Notes under the pieces: generated by a model
Seen by the model: the letters and a program-made list of their open reading frames with translations, nothing else
Database searches by the model: none
Told to the model about the DNA's origin: nothing
In this document: positions 38,585 through 50,112 of the stretch, in pieces
How the letters are laid out: every line of letters begins with the position of its first letter
Numbering within the stretch: the stretch's first letter is position 1
Assembly (NCBI GenBank): GCA_963555995.3
Contig: OY821641.1
Span: forward strand, 3,712,001 to 3,776,000
Source of the DNA: Vicinamibacteria bacterium
GTDB taxonomy: Bacteria; Acidobacteriota; Vicinamibacteria; Marinacidobacterales; Marinacidobacteraceae
Length of the DNA: 64,000 nucleotides
Direction: 5' to 3'
Position numbers and translations under genes: made by a program

Positions 38585-41500
38585 GTGCCTGATCCGACGT
38601 CCTTTGCAGCCTCCAGCGGGCCGGCTGCCGCCGAAATGGCCCGCGACATCTCGGTCCCCGTCAAGACGCGGACCCTCGGGAACGGACTTCGGGTGCTGCT
38701 CCACGAGGACCGCCGCCTGCCGGTCGTCCACGTGGCGCTCTGGTACCACGTCGGGTCCAAGAACGAGCAGCCCTGGCGGACCGGTTTCGCCCACCTCTTC
38801 GAGCACCTTATGTTCGAGGGCTCCCGCCACAACGACAGCCACTTCATCCGGCTCATGGAGCGGGCGGGCGCCAGCCTGTCGGCGGGCGGGGTGAACGGCA
38901 CCACGAGCCACGACCGGACGAACTACTACGAGACGGTTCCCCGGGAGGCGCTCGGCCTCGCGCTCTGGGCCGAGTCGGACCGGATGGCGTACCTCCTCGA
39001 CGTCCTCGATCAGACAAAGCTGGATACCCAGCGCGAAGTGGTCCGGAACGAGCGCTTCCAGCGCATGGACAACGTGCCCTACGGGACGGCGTGGGAAAAG
39101 ATGTTCCACGCGCTGTTCCCGCCCGGACACCCCTATTCGTGGGACGTGATCGGGGACATGGCGCACCTGGCCGCGTCCGATCTCGGCGAGGTGCACGACT
39201 TCTTCCGTACCTGGTACGCGCCGAACAACGCGGTGCTCGTGGTCGCCGGGGACTACGACGAGCGCCGCGCCATGGAACTCGTGCGCCGCTACTTCGGGCC
39301 CATCCCGCCCGGCAGGGTCCCGGGCCGGCCGTCGTTCCCGCCGGAGGCGCGGACTTCCCACCGGCGCATCGTGGTCCCGGAGGAGGTGCCGCACGCGCGC
39401 CTCTACTGCGGCTGGTCCACCGTCCCGTTCTTCCACGAGGACGAACCGGCCCTCGACATGCTGTCGGAGATCCTCTCCGACGGGCTGAACTCGCGGCTCT
39501 ATCGCCGCCTGGTCTACGAGGACCGGACGGCGTCCGAAGTCAGCGCCTTTCACTATTCGCTCGAGTCCGGCGGCCTCACCGGGGTGGTGGCGACCGCCCG
39601 CCCGCAGGTCCCCCTGTCCCGGCTGCGCGAGCAGATGGACGAGGAACTCGTCCGGATGGCGGACGAGGGACCGACCGAGGAGGAGTTGCAGCGGGTGAAG
39701 GCGGCGACCCAGGTCGCCTTCCTCGGCGCGCTCGAGCGGCTCGGGACCAAGGCCGACCTGCTCGCGCGCTACGCGACCTTCGCGGGGGACCCCCGGAAGC
39801 TGTCGGAGCACTGGGTCCGCTACCGGGGAGTGACCCGGGACGACCTGCAGCGGGCGGCGCGGCAGTACCTGCTGGCGCCCCGCGTCGAACTGCTCTACGG
39901 GGACCCCGAAGCCGAAGGGGAACCGCCGGTCGTCCCGGCGCCCGTCGGTCCCGGCGACTGGCACGCGCCTGCCGCCTCGCCGGCCCCCGAGGGTCCGCGG
40001 TTGTCCCCGGAACCGGACCGGTCGCGGGTGCCGCGGCGCGGCCGACGGGGACACTTCGATCCCCCGCTGCCCGAGACCCGCGAACTCGGAAACGGCGTGG
40101 CGCTGTACGTGCTGCCGCGCCGCGACCTTCCGAAGATCGTCGGCACGATCCTGATGACGGGCGGCCAGCAGGAGGAACCGCGGGAGCTGGCGGGACTCGC
40201 CAGCCTCACCGCGGAGATGCTGAACCGGGGAACGAAACACCGGACCGCCCGCGAGTTCGAGGCCGAGGCCGACCGGATCGGCGCGGACATCGGGGCGCGG
40301 GCCGGCACGGCGTTCTCCTCCGTCTCCTTTTCGAGCCTCACCGAACACCTCCATCCCACCCTGGAACTGACGGCCGACCTCCTCCTGAACCCGGCGTTCC
40401 CGGACGCGGAGCTCGAACGGATCGTCCCCATCCGGCTCGACGCGCTGAAGGAGTCCCGCGCCGAGCCGACCTCGGTGCTGCGCCGGATCGTCCGCCGGAC
40501 GGCGTACTCCGACCGGCACCCCTATGGCTGGCGGGGGGACGAACGAACGCTCCCGGGCATCACGACTTCCGATCTCACCGACTTCCACCGGGCGCATTAC
40601 CGGCCCGACGGTTGCCGGATCGTCCTGTGCGGCGATCTGGACCCCGACCGGGCGGTGGAGGTCATGGAGGAGTTCTTTGGCACCTGGGAAGCGGGGCGCT
40701 CGGTCGAACACCGGCCGCCGGCCGATCCCCCCCCGGCGGAGACCGGGGTGCTGCTCCACCCGACCGGCAAGGAGAGCCCCCAGGCGGTCGTTGCCTGGCG
40801 GAAGCAGGGACCGCCGCGCGACGCCGACGACCGCCTCGCCCTGCGCCTCGCGCTCCAGATCCTGGGCGGCGGGTTCTCCAGCCGGCTCAACCTGAACCTC
40901 CGCGAGCGGATGGGGGCCACCTACGGGGCCTTCGCGGCCGTGCGGCAGCTCCCGCGCCGCTCCATCCTCTCGGCCTCCGCGTCGCTGAACATGGACCAGG
41001 CGGCGCCCGCGATCCGCGAACTCCTGTCCGAGGTGGACGGCCTCGCCTCCGGGAGGCGTCCCGTCCGCCTGCGGGAACTCCGGGAGGCGCAGCTCGCCCT
41101 CTCGCGGACCCACGCCCAGCGCTTCGAGACCCTCGCCGGGGTCGGCGCGGTCATCACCGCCGTCCTCCAGCGCGGCGGCCCGCTATCCGATATCCAGGAC
41201 TACCCGGACCGGATCGAAGCGGTGACCCGCGACCAGGTCGCGGAAGCCGCCGCCCGCCACCTGGGAAGCGACGGCAGCGCCCTCGTCGCGGTCGGCGACG
41301 AGAACCGTCTCGCGCCCGCGCTTGAGGGTCTCGGCGAGATCCGCCGCGTGGACGCCGACGGCGCACCGGTGGGAGCGGGCGACGGCTCCGAGACGTTGTC
41401 GCGGCAACCGGGCCGCGTGGCTCGCGCCACCGGCGGTCGAGTACAGATTTCCCGGGTCTCGCCGGGACTCCGGGGCACGCCGGCCGCGTTGCTACCCTAG
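38585..41500 (+). CDS. M16-family zinc peptidase
   Basis: HLFEHLMF inverzincin motif; second half without the motif; start and C-terminal tail uncertain. Confidence 0.92.
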   Translation: MPDPTSFAASSGPAAAEMARDISVPVKTRTLGNGLRVLLHEDRRLPVVHVALWYHVGSKNEQPWRTGFAHLFEHLMFEGSRHNDSHFIRLMERAGASLSAGGVNGTTSHDRTNYYETVPREALGLALWAESDRMAYLLDVLDQTKLDTQREVVRNERFQRMDNVPYGTAWEKMFHALFPPGHPYSWDVIGDMAHLAASDLGEVHDFFRTWYAPNNAVLVVAGDYDERRAMELVRRYFGPIPPGRVPGRPSFPPEARTSHRRIVVPEEVPHARLYCGWSTVPFFHEDEPALDMLSEILSDGLNSRLYRRLVYEDRTASEVSAFHYSLESGGLTGVVATARPQVPLSRLREQMDEELVRMADEGPTEEELQRVKAATQVAFLGALERLGTKADLLARYATFAGDPRKLSEHWVRYRGVTRDDLQRAARQYLLAPRVELLYGDPEAEGEPPVVPAPVGPGDWHAPAASPAPEGPRLSPEPDRSRVPRRGRRGHFDPPLPETRELGNGVALYVLPRRDLPKIVGTILMTGGQQEEPRELAGLASLTAEMLNRGTKHRTAREFEAEADRIGADIGARAGTAFSSVSFSSLTEHLHPTLELTADLLLNPAFPDAELERIVPIRLDALKESRAEPTSVLRRIVRRTAYSDRHPYGWRGDERTLPGITTSDLTDFHRAHYRPDGCRIVLCGDLDPDRAVEVMEEFFGTWEAGRSVEHRPPADPPPAETGVLLHPTGKESPQAVVAWRKQGPPRDADDRLALRLALQILGGGFSSRLNLNLRERMGATYGAFAAVRQLPRRSILSASASLNMDQAAPAIRELLSEVDGLASGRRPVRLRELREAQLALSRTHAQRFETLAGVGAVITAVLQRGGPLSDIQDYPDRIEAVTRDQVAEAAARHLGSDGSALVAVGDENRLAPALEGLGEIRRVDADGAPVGAGDGSETLSRQPGRVARATGGRVQISRVSPGLRGTPAALLP

Positions 41501-41504
41501 TGCG

Positions 41505-41732
41505 GTGTTTGACCGCCTGAGAGCGCTGGTGCGGCGACGCGCCTCCGGCGCCGGCGGCAGGAAGGCCCACGTTCACGTCACCTGGGATGGCGGCTTCTAC
41601 GTGGACGCGGCGGAACTCCTCGCCGACCCGGAAGTCCAGGATCGCATCCGGGAGTTGAGCCGCGCGCTCCAGGGAACGATCGTTCCGGAGCCGCGCCGTC
41701 CCGCGGGAACCCCGGAGACGGAGCCGGGCTGA
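41505..41732 (+). CDS. Small hypothetical protein
   Basis: GTG 6 nt after a TACCCT -10-like box; ends 2 nt before the next ATG. Confidence 0.55.
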   Translation: MFDRLRALVRRRASGAGGRKAHVHVTWDGGFYVDAAELLADPEVQDRIRELSRALQGTIVPEPRRPAGTPETEPG

Positions 41733-41734
41733 GC

Positions 41735-42439
41735 ATGGGACTCGGGCTCGCACTGTGGCCGGCGCTGGCCGGCTTTCTGCTCCTGACCCTGGCCCGGTCC
41801 TCCCGCTACTGGGCGATGCGCCGGTCGGGCCACCACCTGGTGTTCGCGTCCGCCATCGCGGGCATGATGCTCCTCGTGCTGGCGCGGTTGCTGGTGGTCC
41901 TGCTGACTGGGATGTTCCCGGAGACCGAGACCTTCTGGATGTCCTTCGCTCCGTTCGAATACTCCGGCGCGGTAGGCCTCAGCTTCGTCCTGGCGGCCAC
42001 GCTCGGCATCGGCTGGAATCTGTTCGTCGCCCGCGACGCGCACCAGGCCGCCAAGCAGGCCGCCCTGAGGGCCGGCGACATGGTGGAGTGGGTCCTGCAT
42101 CACTCGGCGGGCAGCCGGAAGTTCGTCGAGGTCTCCCTCAAGTCGGGAAAGTCCTACATCGGTCTGGCGCGCGAGAGCGGGGTCTCCCGGCGGCAGGTGG
42201 AGCCGGACATCACCCTGATTCCCCTGATGAGCGGCTATCGCGACGGCAAGACCCGCCGGTTGAGAATCACCGCCGACCACACGAACCGCATCTTCGCGTT
42301 CCTGGACGCGCGCCCGGAGTTCGCGGGGCTGACCACCGAGGACCTGCGCGTCGTGGTCCCCATGTCCGAGGTTTCCTCCGCCCGGGTCTTCGATCCGCAG
42401 ATCTTCCGGCTTTCCGCCGCTTCGGACGAACCGGCATAG
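41735..42439 (+). CDS. Membrane protein, three N-terminal TM helices and a soluble C-terminal domain
   Basis: Hydrophobic N-half; VSLKSGKSYIG and PLMSGYRD motifs. Confidence 0.7.
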   Translation: MGLGLALWPALAGFLLLTLARSSRYWAMRRSGHHLVFASAIAGMMLLVLARLLVVLLTGMFPETETFWMSFAPFEYSGAVGLSFVLAATLGIGWNLFVARDAHQAAKQAALRAGDMVEWVLHHSAGSRKFVEVSLKSGKSYIGLARESGVSRRQVEPDITLIPLMSGYRDGKTRRLRITADHTNRIFAFLDARPEFAGLTTEDLRVVVPMSEVSSARVFDPQIFRLSAASDEPA

Positions 42440-42488
42440 CGGGCGGAACCCGCGGTCGCCGCCGCGTTCCTGCCTGCCGGAACCCTCC

Positions 42489-42674
42489 TCACGGCGAGGA
42501 AGCGAGCCTGCGCCCCTGATGTTCGACTTCCTGCCGGACCATTGCGACGACGTTCCGGAGGTTGGCGCGCCATTCCTCATCCCCCTGGCGGTGCGTGCCC
42601 GGGAATCGGGGAACGTGGCCGACCTGCAAGCCGGTGTCCGGGCGCTGCTCCACGACGGCGGCGCAGGGATTCAT
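42489..42674 (-). pseudogene. Degenerate HicB-family antitoxin
   Basis: AVVEQRPDTGLQVGHVPRFPGTHRQG..RANLRNVV matches the HicB pattern; no hicA adjacent. Confidence 0.6.
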
Positions 42675-42706
42675 GCCGCGAACCTGCGGCATCGTTTCGG
42701 GAGCCC

Positions 42707-44467
42707 TCAGTACCCGAGCGCCATCGCCCCCGGCCGGCGCGGATCGCCGTAGCCGTAGAACAGCCCGCCTGTGAACATCACCGTCTGCAGGCTCCCCATG
42801 CCGGCGCTGAACTGCACATCGTGGCCGCGGGCCCGCAGCGCGCGGATCACGTCGGGGCTGAAGCCGCTCTCCACCTCCAGCCGGTCCGGGAACCACTGGT
42901 GGTGCATCCGGGGCCGCGCGGTGGCGTCGGCGATGTTCATGCCGTGCTCGAGCACGTTCACCAGCAGTTGCAGGTTCGTGGTGATGATGCGGCTGCCGCC
43001 CGGGCTTCCGGTGAGCAGGAACGGCCGGCCCTCGCGCAGCACGATGATCGGCGTCATCGAACTGACCGGGCGCCGGCCCGCCGCGATCTGGTTGTCCGCG
43101 CTTCCCATCAGCCCGAAGGCGTCGGGGATGTCGGGCCTCAGCGTGAAGTTGCCGAGGTTGTTGTTCATGAGGATGCCGGTGCCGTCAATCACGACCCCCG
43201 AGCCGTAGGAGAACATCAGCGTGTAGGTGTTGACGAGCGCGTTGCCCTCGCTGTCGAGGACCGAATAGTGGGTGGTCTCCGGGCTCTCGTAGGGCGCGAG
43301 GTCGCCGGGGCCGACCTCGGCTGACGGCCGGGCGCGGTTGAGGGAGATGCCCCGCGCGAGCTCCGCCGCGTACTCCTTGCTGGTGAGCGCGGCGACCGGG
43401 AGGTCGAGGTGGTCCGGGTCGCCGAGGTACTTGCTGCGGTCGGCGTAGGCGAGCCGCATCGCCTCGGCCATGACGTGCATCGCGTCCGCGCTGCCGTAGC
43501 CCATTTCCTTGAGCGGGAAGTTCTCGAAGATGTTCAGCATCTGGACGATGTGCATCCCGCCCGAGCTGGGCGCCGACATGGCCGCGATGTCGTAATCCCG
43601 GAAGGTGCCGCGCACCGGCTCGCGCTCGACGACGTGGTAGCCGGCCAGGTCTTCCATCGTGATCAGGCCGTTGTGCTTCGCCATGTCGCCCGCGATGCGG
43701 CGCGCGATCTCGCCCCGGTAGAAGGCGTCGGCGCCTCCCTCGGCGATCTGCTCCAGCGTCCAGGCCAGGTCCGGCTGCCGGAAGACGTCGCCCACCTCGT
43801 AGTTCGAGCCGTCGGGCTTGTAGAACTTGGCCCGCGAGGCGGGGTTGGCGCTGAGCCGCGCCTTGCTGCGGGCGAGGTTGACGGCCAGGTCCTCCCACAC
43901 TGGCATGCCGCCCTTCGCCAGCTCGATGGCCGGCGCGGCCACTTCCCGCCAGCTCATCGTGCCGTAGTTCCGCAGCAGGTGATCGAAGCCGGCCACCGAC
44001 GCGGGGGTCGCGGACGACTTGTGGCTGAAGCGGTACTCGTCCTCGTCCACCTCGCCGTCCTCCCCGAAGAACATGTCGGCGTGCGCGGCCGCGGGAGCGG
44101 TCTCGCGGAAGTCCACCGCGACCGTGCGGTTCTCCTCGGCCAGGTGCAGCAGGATGAAGCCGCCGCCCCCCACGTTGCCCGCGCGCGGCAGGGTCACCGC
44201 GAGCGCCAGCCCCACGGCCACCCCCGCGTCAATCGCGTTGCCGCCCTGGCGCAGGATGTCCACGCCGACCCGGGTGGCGAGGAAGTTCTGGCTGGCCACC
44301 ATCCCGTTCCGCCCCACGACCGGGTGGTGGATGGCGCTGTAGGTGTTGATCGGGGCCTGGGCCGGCGCCGCCTGGGCGAGGGCTCCCTGGGGAACCGCGA
44401 GGATTCCCAGGGCGAGGGTCGCCACCAGGGCGAACGGAACCAGGATCCGTGTGATGCGTCTGCTCAT
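42707..44467 (-). CDS. ggt: Gamma-glutamyltransferase
   Basis: GGNAIDA, DFRETAP, ETTHYS nucleophile, SSMTP, GSPGGSRI, DPRR. Confidence 0.95.
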   Translation of the reverse strand: MSRRITRILVPFALVATLALGILAVPQGALAQAAPAQAPINTYSAIHHPVVGRNGMVASQNFLATRVGVDILRQGGNAIDAGVAVGLALAVTLPRAGNVGGGGFILLHLAEENRTVAVDFRETAPAAAHADMFFGEDGEVDEDEYRFSHKSSATPASVAGFDHLLRNYGTMSWREVAAPAIELAKGGMPVWEDLAVNLARSKARLSANPASRAKFYKPDGSNYEVGDVFRQPDLAWTLEQIAEGGADAFYRGEIARRIAGDMAKHNGLITMEDLAGYHVVEREPVRGTFRDYDIAAMSAPSSGGMHIVQMLNIFENFPLKEMGYGSADAMHVMAEAMRLAYADRSKYLGDPDHLDLPVAALTSKEYAAELARGISLNRARPSAEVGPGDLAPYESPETTHYSVLDSEGNALVNTYTLMFSYGSGVVIDGTGILMNNNLGNFTLRPDIPDAFGLMGSADNQIAAGRRPVSSMTPIIVLREGRPFLLTGSPGGSRIITTNLQLLVNVLEHGMNIADATARPRMHHQWFPDRLEVESGFSPDVIRALRARGHDVQFSAGMGSLQTVMFTGGLFYGYGDPRRPGAMALGY

Positions 44468-44550
44468 CGGTTTGCTGCCTCTTCGATCTGCGAGTCGCAG
44501 GATGTCGCCCGGGCTACCCATTGCGGAAGGGTCACTCGCGAGGATGGTGG

Positions 44551-44601
44551 TCAATGGACGGCCATGTCCTGGAGTGCGCCGCGGTCATTCCGCCGACTCA
44601 T
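44551..44601 (-). pseudogene. Truncated HEPN (DUF86-like) toxin remnant
   Basis: MSRRNDRGALQDMAVH* overlaps the MNT stop where a HepT gene would start. Confidence 0.5.
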
Positions 44602-44890
44602 AGAACAGCTCCGCCGACGCCTCGACTTCCTCCCTCATCCACGGACGCAGCCAGGAAGGGGCGTACATCTCCACCGGCCGTCCCACGACGCCCGCCAGTT
44701 CCTCCTGCATCGCCATGAGTCCCAGGTACCCGAACCGGACACCGGACGCGAACTCGACGAGCACGTCCACGTCGCTGTCCGGGCCGAAATCGTCGCGCAG
44801 CACCGAACCGAAAAGGGAGAGACGCCGTATGCCGTTCCGCTGGCAAAACGCGGCTACCTGATCTCTCTGAATCGGCAGTCGTGGGCTCAT
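44585..44890 (-). CDS. MNT-family nucleotidyltransferase antitoxin
   Basis: LFGSVLRDDFGPDSDVDVLVEF. Confidence 0.88.
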   Translation of the reverse strand: MSPRLPIQRDQVAAFCQRNGIRRLSLFGSVLRDDFGPDSDVDVLVEFASGVRFGYLGLMAMQEELAGVVGRPVEMYAPSWLRPWMREEVEASAELFYESAE

Positions 44891-44919
44891 GGCGACTCCT
44901 GCATGCGGCCGGGACCGGC

Positions 44920-46383
<1,464 letters not shown>

Positions 46384-46392
46384 CCGCGCATC

Positions 46393-46413
46393 CTACCCGG
46401 CGGCGATTCGTTC
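46393..46413 (-). repeat. Duplicate of the last 7 codons of purL, adjacent to purF
   Basis: GAA CGA ATC GCC GCC GGG TAG versus GAC CGG ATG GCC GCC GGA TAG (46933-46953); all four mismatches at codon position 3. Confidence 0.75.
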
Positions 46414-46435
46414 ATTTGTTGTAGTAACATAAATT

Positions 46436-46705
46436 GTGCAGATCGAGTTCGATGGCGCGAAACGCCGAGCGACGATCGAAGCCCGGGGACTCGACATGGC
46501 TCGGGCGGCGGAGGTGTTCGGCGGCCGGACGCTGACCGTGGAGGACGATCGGCAGGAATATGGCGAATCGCGCTTCATCACGATCGGCTTCCTGGACGGT
46601 GCGATGGTGGTGCTCGTCTGGACGTCCCGCGGCGACGCGAGCCGGATTATTAGTATGAGGAAAGCCAATGAACGAGAACGACGACTCTACGGCCCGAGGT
46701 TTTGA
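46436..46705 (+). CDS. brnT: BrnT-family toxin
   Basis: EFDGAK, DDRQEYGESRFITIG, RIISMRKANERE. Confidence 0.92.
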   Translation: MQIEFDGAKRRATIEARGLDMARAAEVFGGRTLTVEDDRQEYGESRFITIGFLDGAMVVLVWTSRGDASRIISMRKANERERRLYGPRF

Positions 46706-46925
46706 TCCCGACACCGCTCCCGACCTCTCCACCGGCGGGTGGCCCGAGCGGTTTGCGAAGGCGCCCGTAAGGCGGGGAAGGCCCCCGAAGGCGCGGCCGA
46801 AGGTGTCCACCACCATCCGGTTGTCGCCGGAGGTCATGGCCCATTTTCGGGCTGGCGGGCGCGGCTGGCAGACACGGATAGACGACGCTCTCCGCGACTG
46901 GATCCAGCGCAACGACGTTTCCTGA
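46668..46925 (+). CDS. brnA: BrnA-family antitoxin
   Basis: RGRP, TIRLSPEV..FRAGGRGWQTRIDDALR. Confidence 0.92.
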   Translation: MNENDDSTARGFDPDTAPDLSTGGWPERFAKAPVRRGRPPKARPKVSTTIRLSPEVMAHFRAGGRGWQTRIDDALRDWIQRNDVS

Positions 46926-46932
46926 GCGGGAC

Positions 46933-49155
46933 CTATCCGGCGGCCATCCGGTCGAGGCTGTTCCGGAAGGTGTCCGCGAGGCCCTCGAGATCGAGGGAGA
47001 CCGCCGGACTTCCGTTCACCCGGATCCGGAGCGCGTTCCCGCCCACGGACCCGACTTCGGTCAGCGGGACACCCTCGCGGGCAGCGAGTCCGGCGAGGGC
47101 CTCGGCATCGCCGGGCCGCACGCTGAGGAGCGCGCGGGCCGGTCCCTCCCCGAAGAGCGGTCCTTCGAGCCGGTCCGCACACTCGACCCGTAGCTCGGCG
47201 CCGAGCCGGGAGCCGTCCGGCGCGAAGAGGCTTTCGATCGCCGCCGCCGCCAGGCCCCCCTCGGAGAGGTCGCGCGCCGAGGCGGTGCGTCCCGCCGCTC
47301 CCGCCGCGCGGAGGAAGGCCCCGAGCCGCACCTCGGCGTCCAGGTCCGGCTTCGGTGGCCGCCCGTCGGTGCGGCCGTGGTGCTCCTTCAGGAAGGCGCT
47401 GGCGCCGAGCGCATCGCCCCCCTCGGGTCCCGCCAGGAAGAGGAGGTCCCCCGCCGCCGCAAAGTGCTGCGGGATGCGCCTCGTCGCCTTGTCGAGCACC
47501 CCCACCACGCCGACCACCGGGGTGGGGAAGATGTTCGCCCCCTCGGTCTCGTTGTAGAAGCTGACGTTGCCGCCGGTGATGGGAACGCCCAGCGCTTTCA
47601 GCGCCTCGGTCATCCCGGCGATGGCCTCGGTGAACTCCCACATGACCTCGGGCCGCTCCGGGTTTCCGAAGTTGAGGCAGTTGGTGGCCCCGACCGGGGT
47701 GGCCCCCACCGCGGCCAGGTTCCGGCAGGCTTCGGCGACGGCCAGCGCACCGCCCCGGTGGGGGTCGCGGGCCGTGTAGCGGCCGTTGCCGTCGAGGGTC
47801 ATCGCGATCCCGAGTTCCCGGCCCTTGATCCGGACCACGCCGGCGTCGCCGCCCGGCCGCACCACCGTATCGCTGCGCACCATGTGGTCGTACTGCTCGT
47901 ACACGAAGCGGCGGCTCGCCAGCTCCGGGGACCCGGCCAGCTCCCGGACCACGGCGTTCCAGTCGGAGGGTTCCGTCAGGTCGGCCGCGGTGACCTCGGG
48001 GGAGGGCCACCACGACGGTCGCGCGGCCGGGCGATCGAACGCCGGCGCGTCGTCGGTGAGCGCCCGGCAGGGCACTTCGGCGGCGAGGCGTCCCCGATGC
48101 CGGACCCGCAGGAGGCCGTCGCCGCTCACCGTCCCGATGGGGGCCGCGTCGAGGTCCCACTTGTCGAAGATCCGGGTCACCTCCGCCTCGCGGCCGCTCC
48201 GCACCACGAGGAGCATCCGCTCCTGCGACTCCGAGAGCATGATCTCGTAGGCGTTCATGCCGGTCTCGCGCTGGGCGACGTGGTCGAGGTTGATCTCCAC
48301 CCCCGCGCCGCCCCGAGACGCCACCTCCGCCGTCGAGCAGGTGAGCCCCGCCGCCCCCATGTCCTGGACCGCGATCAGCGCGTCCCCCTGCATGAGTTCG
48401 AGACACGCCTCCATCAGGAGCTTCTCGAGGAAGGGGTCGCCGACCTGCACCGTGGGCCGCTTCGCCTCGGCCTCCTCGTCGAAGGCCGCCGACGCCATGG
48501 ACGCGCCGTGGATGCCGTCACGCCCGGTCTTGCTCCCGACGCACCAGACCGGGCTCCCCGGCGCCTCCGCGCGGGCGCGGAAGATGCGGTCCGCGGGCGC
48601 GATCCCGAGGGCGAAGGCGTTGACCAGCGGATTCAGCGAGTAGCAGTCCTCGAAGAAGACCTCCCCCCCGACCGTCGGGATCCCCATGCTGTTCCCGTAG
48701 TTGGCGATCCCGGCGACCGCCCCGGTGAAGAGCGCCCGGTTCTTCGGCACGCTCAGGGGACCGAAACGGAGCGAGTTCATGAGCGCCACCGGCCGGGCGC
48801 CCATCGTGAAGATGTCCCGCAGGATGCCGCCCACGCCGGTGGCGGCGCCCTGGAACGGCTCGATGAAGGTCGGGTGGTTGTGCGATTCCACCTTGAAGAC
48901 GGCGGCGAGGCCGTGGCCGATGTCCACCGCGCCGGCGTTCTCCCCCGGTCCCTCGATGACCCGGGGCGACTCGGTGGGGAAGCGGGCGAGGTGGCGGCGC
49001 GAGGACTTGTAGGAGCAGTGCTCCGACCACATCGCGGAGAACATCCCGAGTTCGGTCGGGTTGGGGGCTCGCCCGAGCCGTTCCCCGATCTGGCGGAACT
49101 CGTCGGCGGAGAGTCCGGAGGCGAGCGCCGCTTCGAGGGTGGCGACCGGCTTCAC
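46933..49155 (-). CDS. purL: FGAM synthase subunit PurL
   Basis: [37 protein letters not shown]. Confidence 0.97.
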   Translation of the reverse strand: MKPVATLEAALASGLSADEFRQIGERLGRAPNPTELGMFSAMWSEHCSYKSSRRHLARFPTESPRVIEGPGENAGAVDIGHGLAAVFKVESHNHPTFIEPFQGAATGVGGILRDIFTMGARPVALMNSLRFGPLSVPKNRALFTGAVAGIANYGNSMGIPTVGGEVFFEDCYSLNPLVNAFALGIAPADRIFRARAEAPGSPVWCVGSKTGRDGIHGASMASAAFDEEAEAKRPTVQVGDPFLEKLLMEACLELMQGDALIAVQDMGAAGLTCSTAEVASRGGAGVEINLDHVAQRETGMNAYEIMLSESQERMLLVVRSGREAEVTRIFDKWDLDAAPIGTVSGDGLLRVRHRGRLAAEVPCRALTDDAPAFDRPAARPSWWPSPEVTAADLTEPSDWNAVVRELAGSPELASRRFVYEQYDHMVRSDTVVRPGGDAGVVRIKGRELGIAMTLDGNGRYTARDPHRGGALAVAEACRNLAAVGATPVGATNCLNFGNPERPEVMWEFTEAIAGMTEALKALGVPITGGNVSFYNETEGANIFPTPVVGVVGVLDKATRRIPQHFAAAGDLLFLAGPEGGDALGASAFLKEHHGRTDGRPPKPDLDAEVRLGAFLRAAGAAGRTASARDLSEGGLAAAAIESLFAPDGSRLGAELRVECADRLEGPLFGEGPARALLSVRPGDAEALAGLAAREGVPLTEVGSVGGNALRIRVNGSPAVSLDLEGLADTFRNSLDRMAAG

Positions 49156-49165
49156 GGGATTGGGC

Positions 49166-49861
49166 TCACGCTTCGGTGAACCGGTGGAGGCTCTCGAACA
49201 GCGGCCGTCCGTCCACGCCTCCGAGCGCCTCCTCGTAGGCCCGGTCGGGGTGGGGCATGAGGGCGGCGACGTTCCCCCGGCGGTTGCGGACTCCGGCGAT
49301 GTTGTTCCGGGAACCGTTCGGGTTCGCCGCGTCGGTGATCTCGCCCTCGTCGTCGCAGTAGCGGAAGATCACCTGTTCGTCGGTTTCGAGCGTCTCCAGC
49401 ACCTCGTCGGCAGCGCGGAAGTTCCCCTCCGCGTGCCCGACCGGCATCCGGAGCGTGGTCCCCAGTTCGAGTCCGCAGGTCAGGGGCGACGAATCCGCCT
49501 CCACGCGCAGCCGCACGTCGCGGCACACGTAGGAGAGCGATCGGTTGCGCAGCATGGCTCCCGGCAGCAACCCCGCTTCCTGGAGGATCTGGAAGCCGTT
49601 GCAGATCCCCACCACGGCCCGTCCGCTCGCCGCCATCCGCGCGAGCGGTTCCATCACCGGCGAGAAGCGGGCCAGCCCGCCCGCCCGCAGGTAGTCGCCG
49701 TGGGCGAAGCCCCCCGGCACCACCGCCGCGTCGAACCCGTCGAGCGAACCCTGCTTGTGCCAGACCAGCTCGGTGGGCTGGCCGGTCACGGCTCGGATGG
49801 CGTGGAGCACGTCGCCTTCGCAGTTCGTCCCCGGGAAGACGAGGACCGCGAAGCGGGCCAT
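49166..49861 (-). CDS. purQ: FGAM synthase glutaminase subunit
   Basis: [30 protein letters not shown]. Confidence 0.96.
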   Translation of the reverse strand: MARFAVLVFPGTNCEGDVLHAIRAVTGQPTELVWHKQGSLDGFDAAVVPGGFAHGDYLRAGGLARFSPVMEPLARMAASGRAVVGICNGFQILQEAGLLPGAMLRNRSLSYVCRDVRLRVEADSSPLTCGLELGTTLRMPVGHAEGNFRAADEVLETLETDEQVIFRYCDDEGEITDAANPNGSRNNIAGVRNRRGNVAALMPHPDRAYEEALGGVDGRPLFESLHRFTEA

Positions 49862-50112
49862 CAGTCGAGCAGCACCTGGACGCTGAAGTCCTCGAGCACC
49901 GGGTTGGCGAGCACCTTCGAGGCGATCTCCTCGGCGCGGGTCTTCGCCTCGCTGGGCGACTCGGCCTTCACGACCAGGTCGAACATCTTCCCCTGGCGCA
50001 CCGTTTCCGCGCTCAGGCGCGGGTCGGCCGCGATGGCGCGCCGGATGGCCTCGCCCTGCGGGTCGTACACCGATGGCCGCAGGCGGACCAGCACCCGGAC
50101 CCGGAACGTCAA
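49861..50112 (-). CDS. purS: FGAM synthase subunit PurS
   Basis: DPQG, VRQGK, LANPVLE; TTG start overlaps the purB stop. Confidence 0.93.
   Translation of the reverse strand: MTFRVRVLVRLRPSVYDPQGEAIRRAIAADPRLSAETVRQGKMFDLVVKAESPSEAKTRAEEIASKVLANPVLEDFSVQVLLD

Noticed and set aside
44514-44550. Displaced purF tail beyond the MNT module, and a displaced ggt tail near 42445-42485
   Set aside because: Only scattered short matches needing gaps; not counted as evidence.
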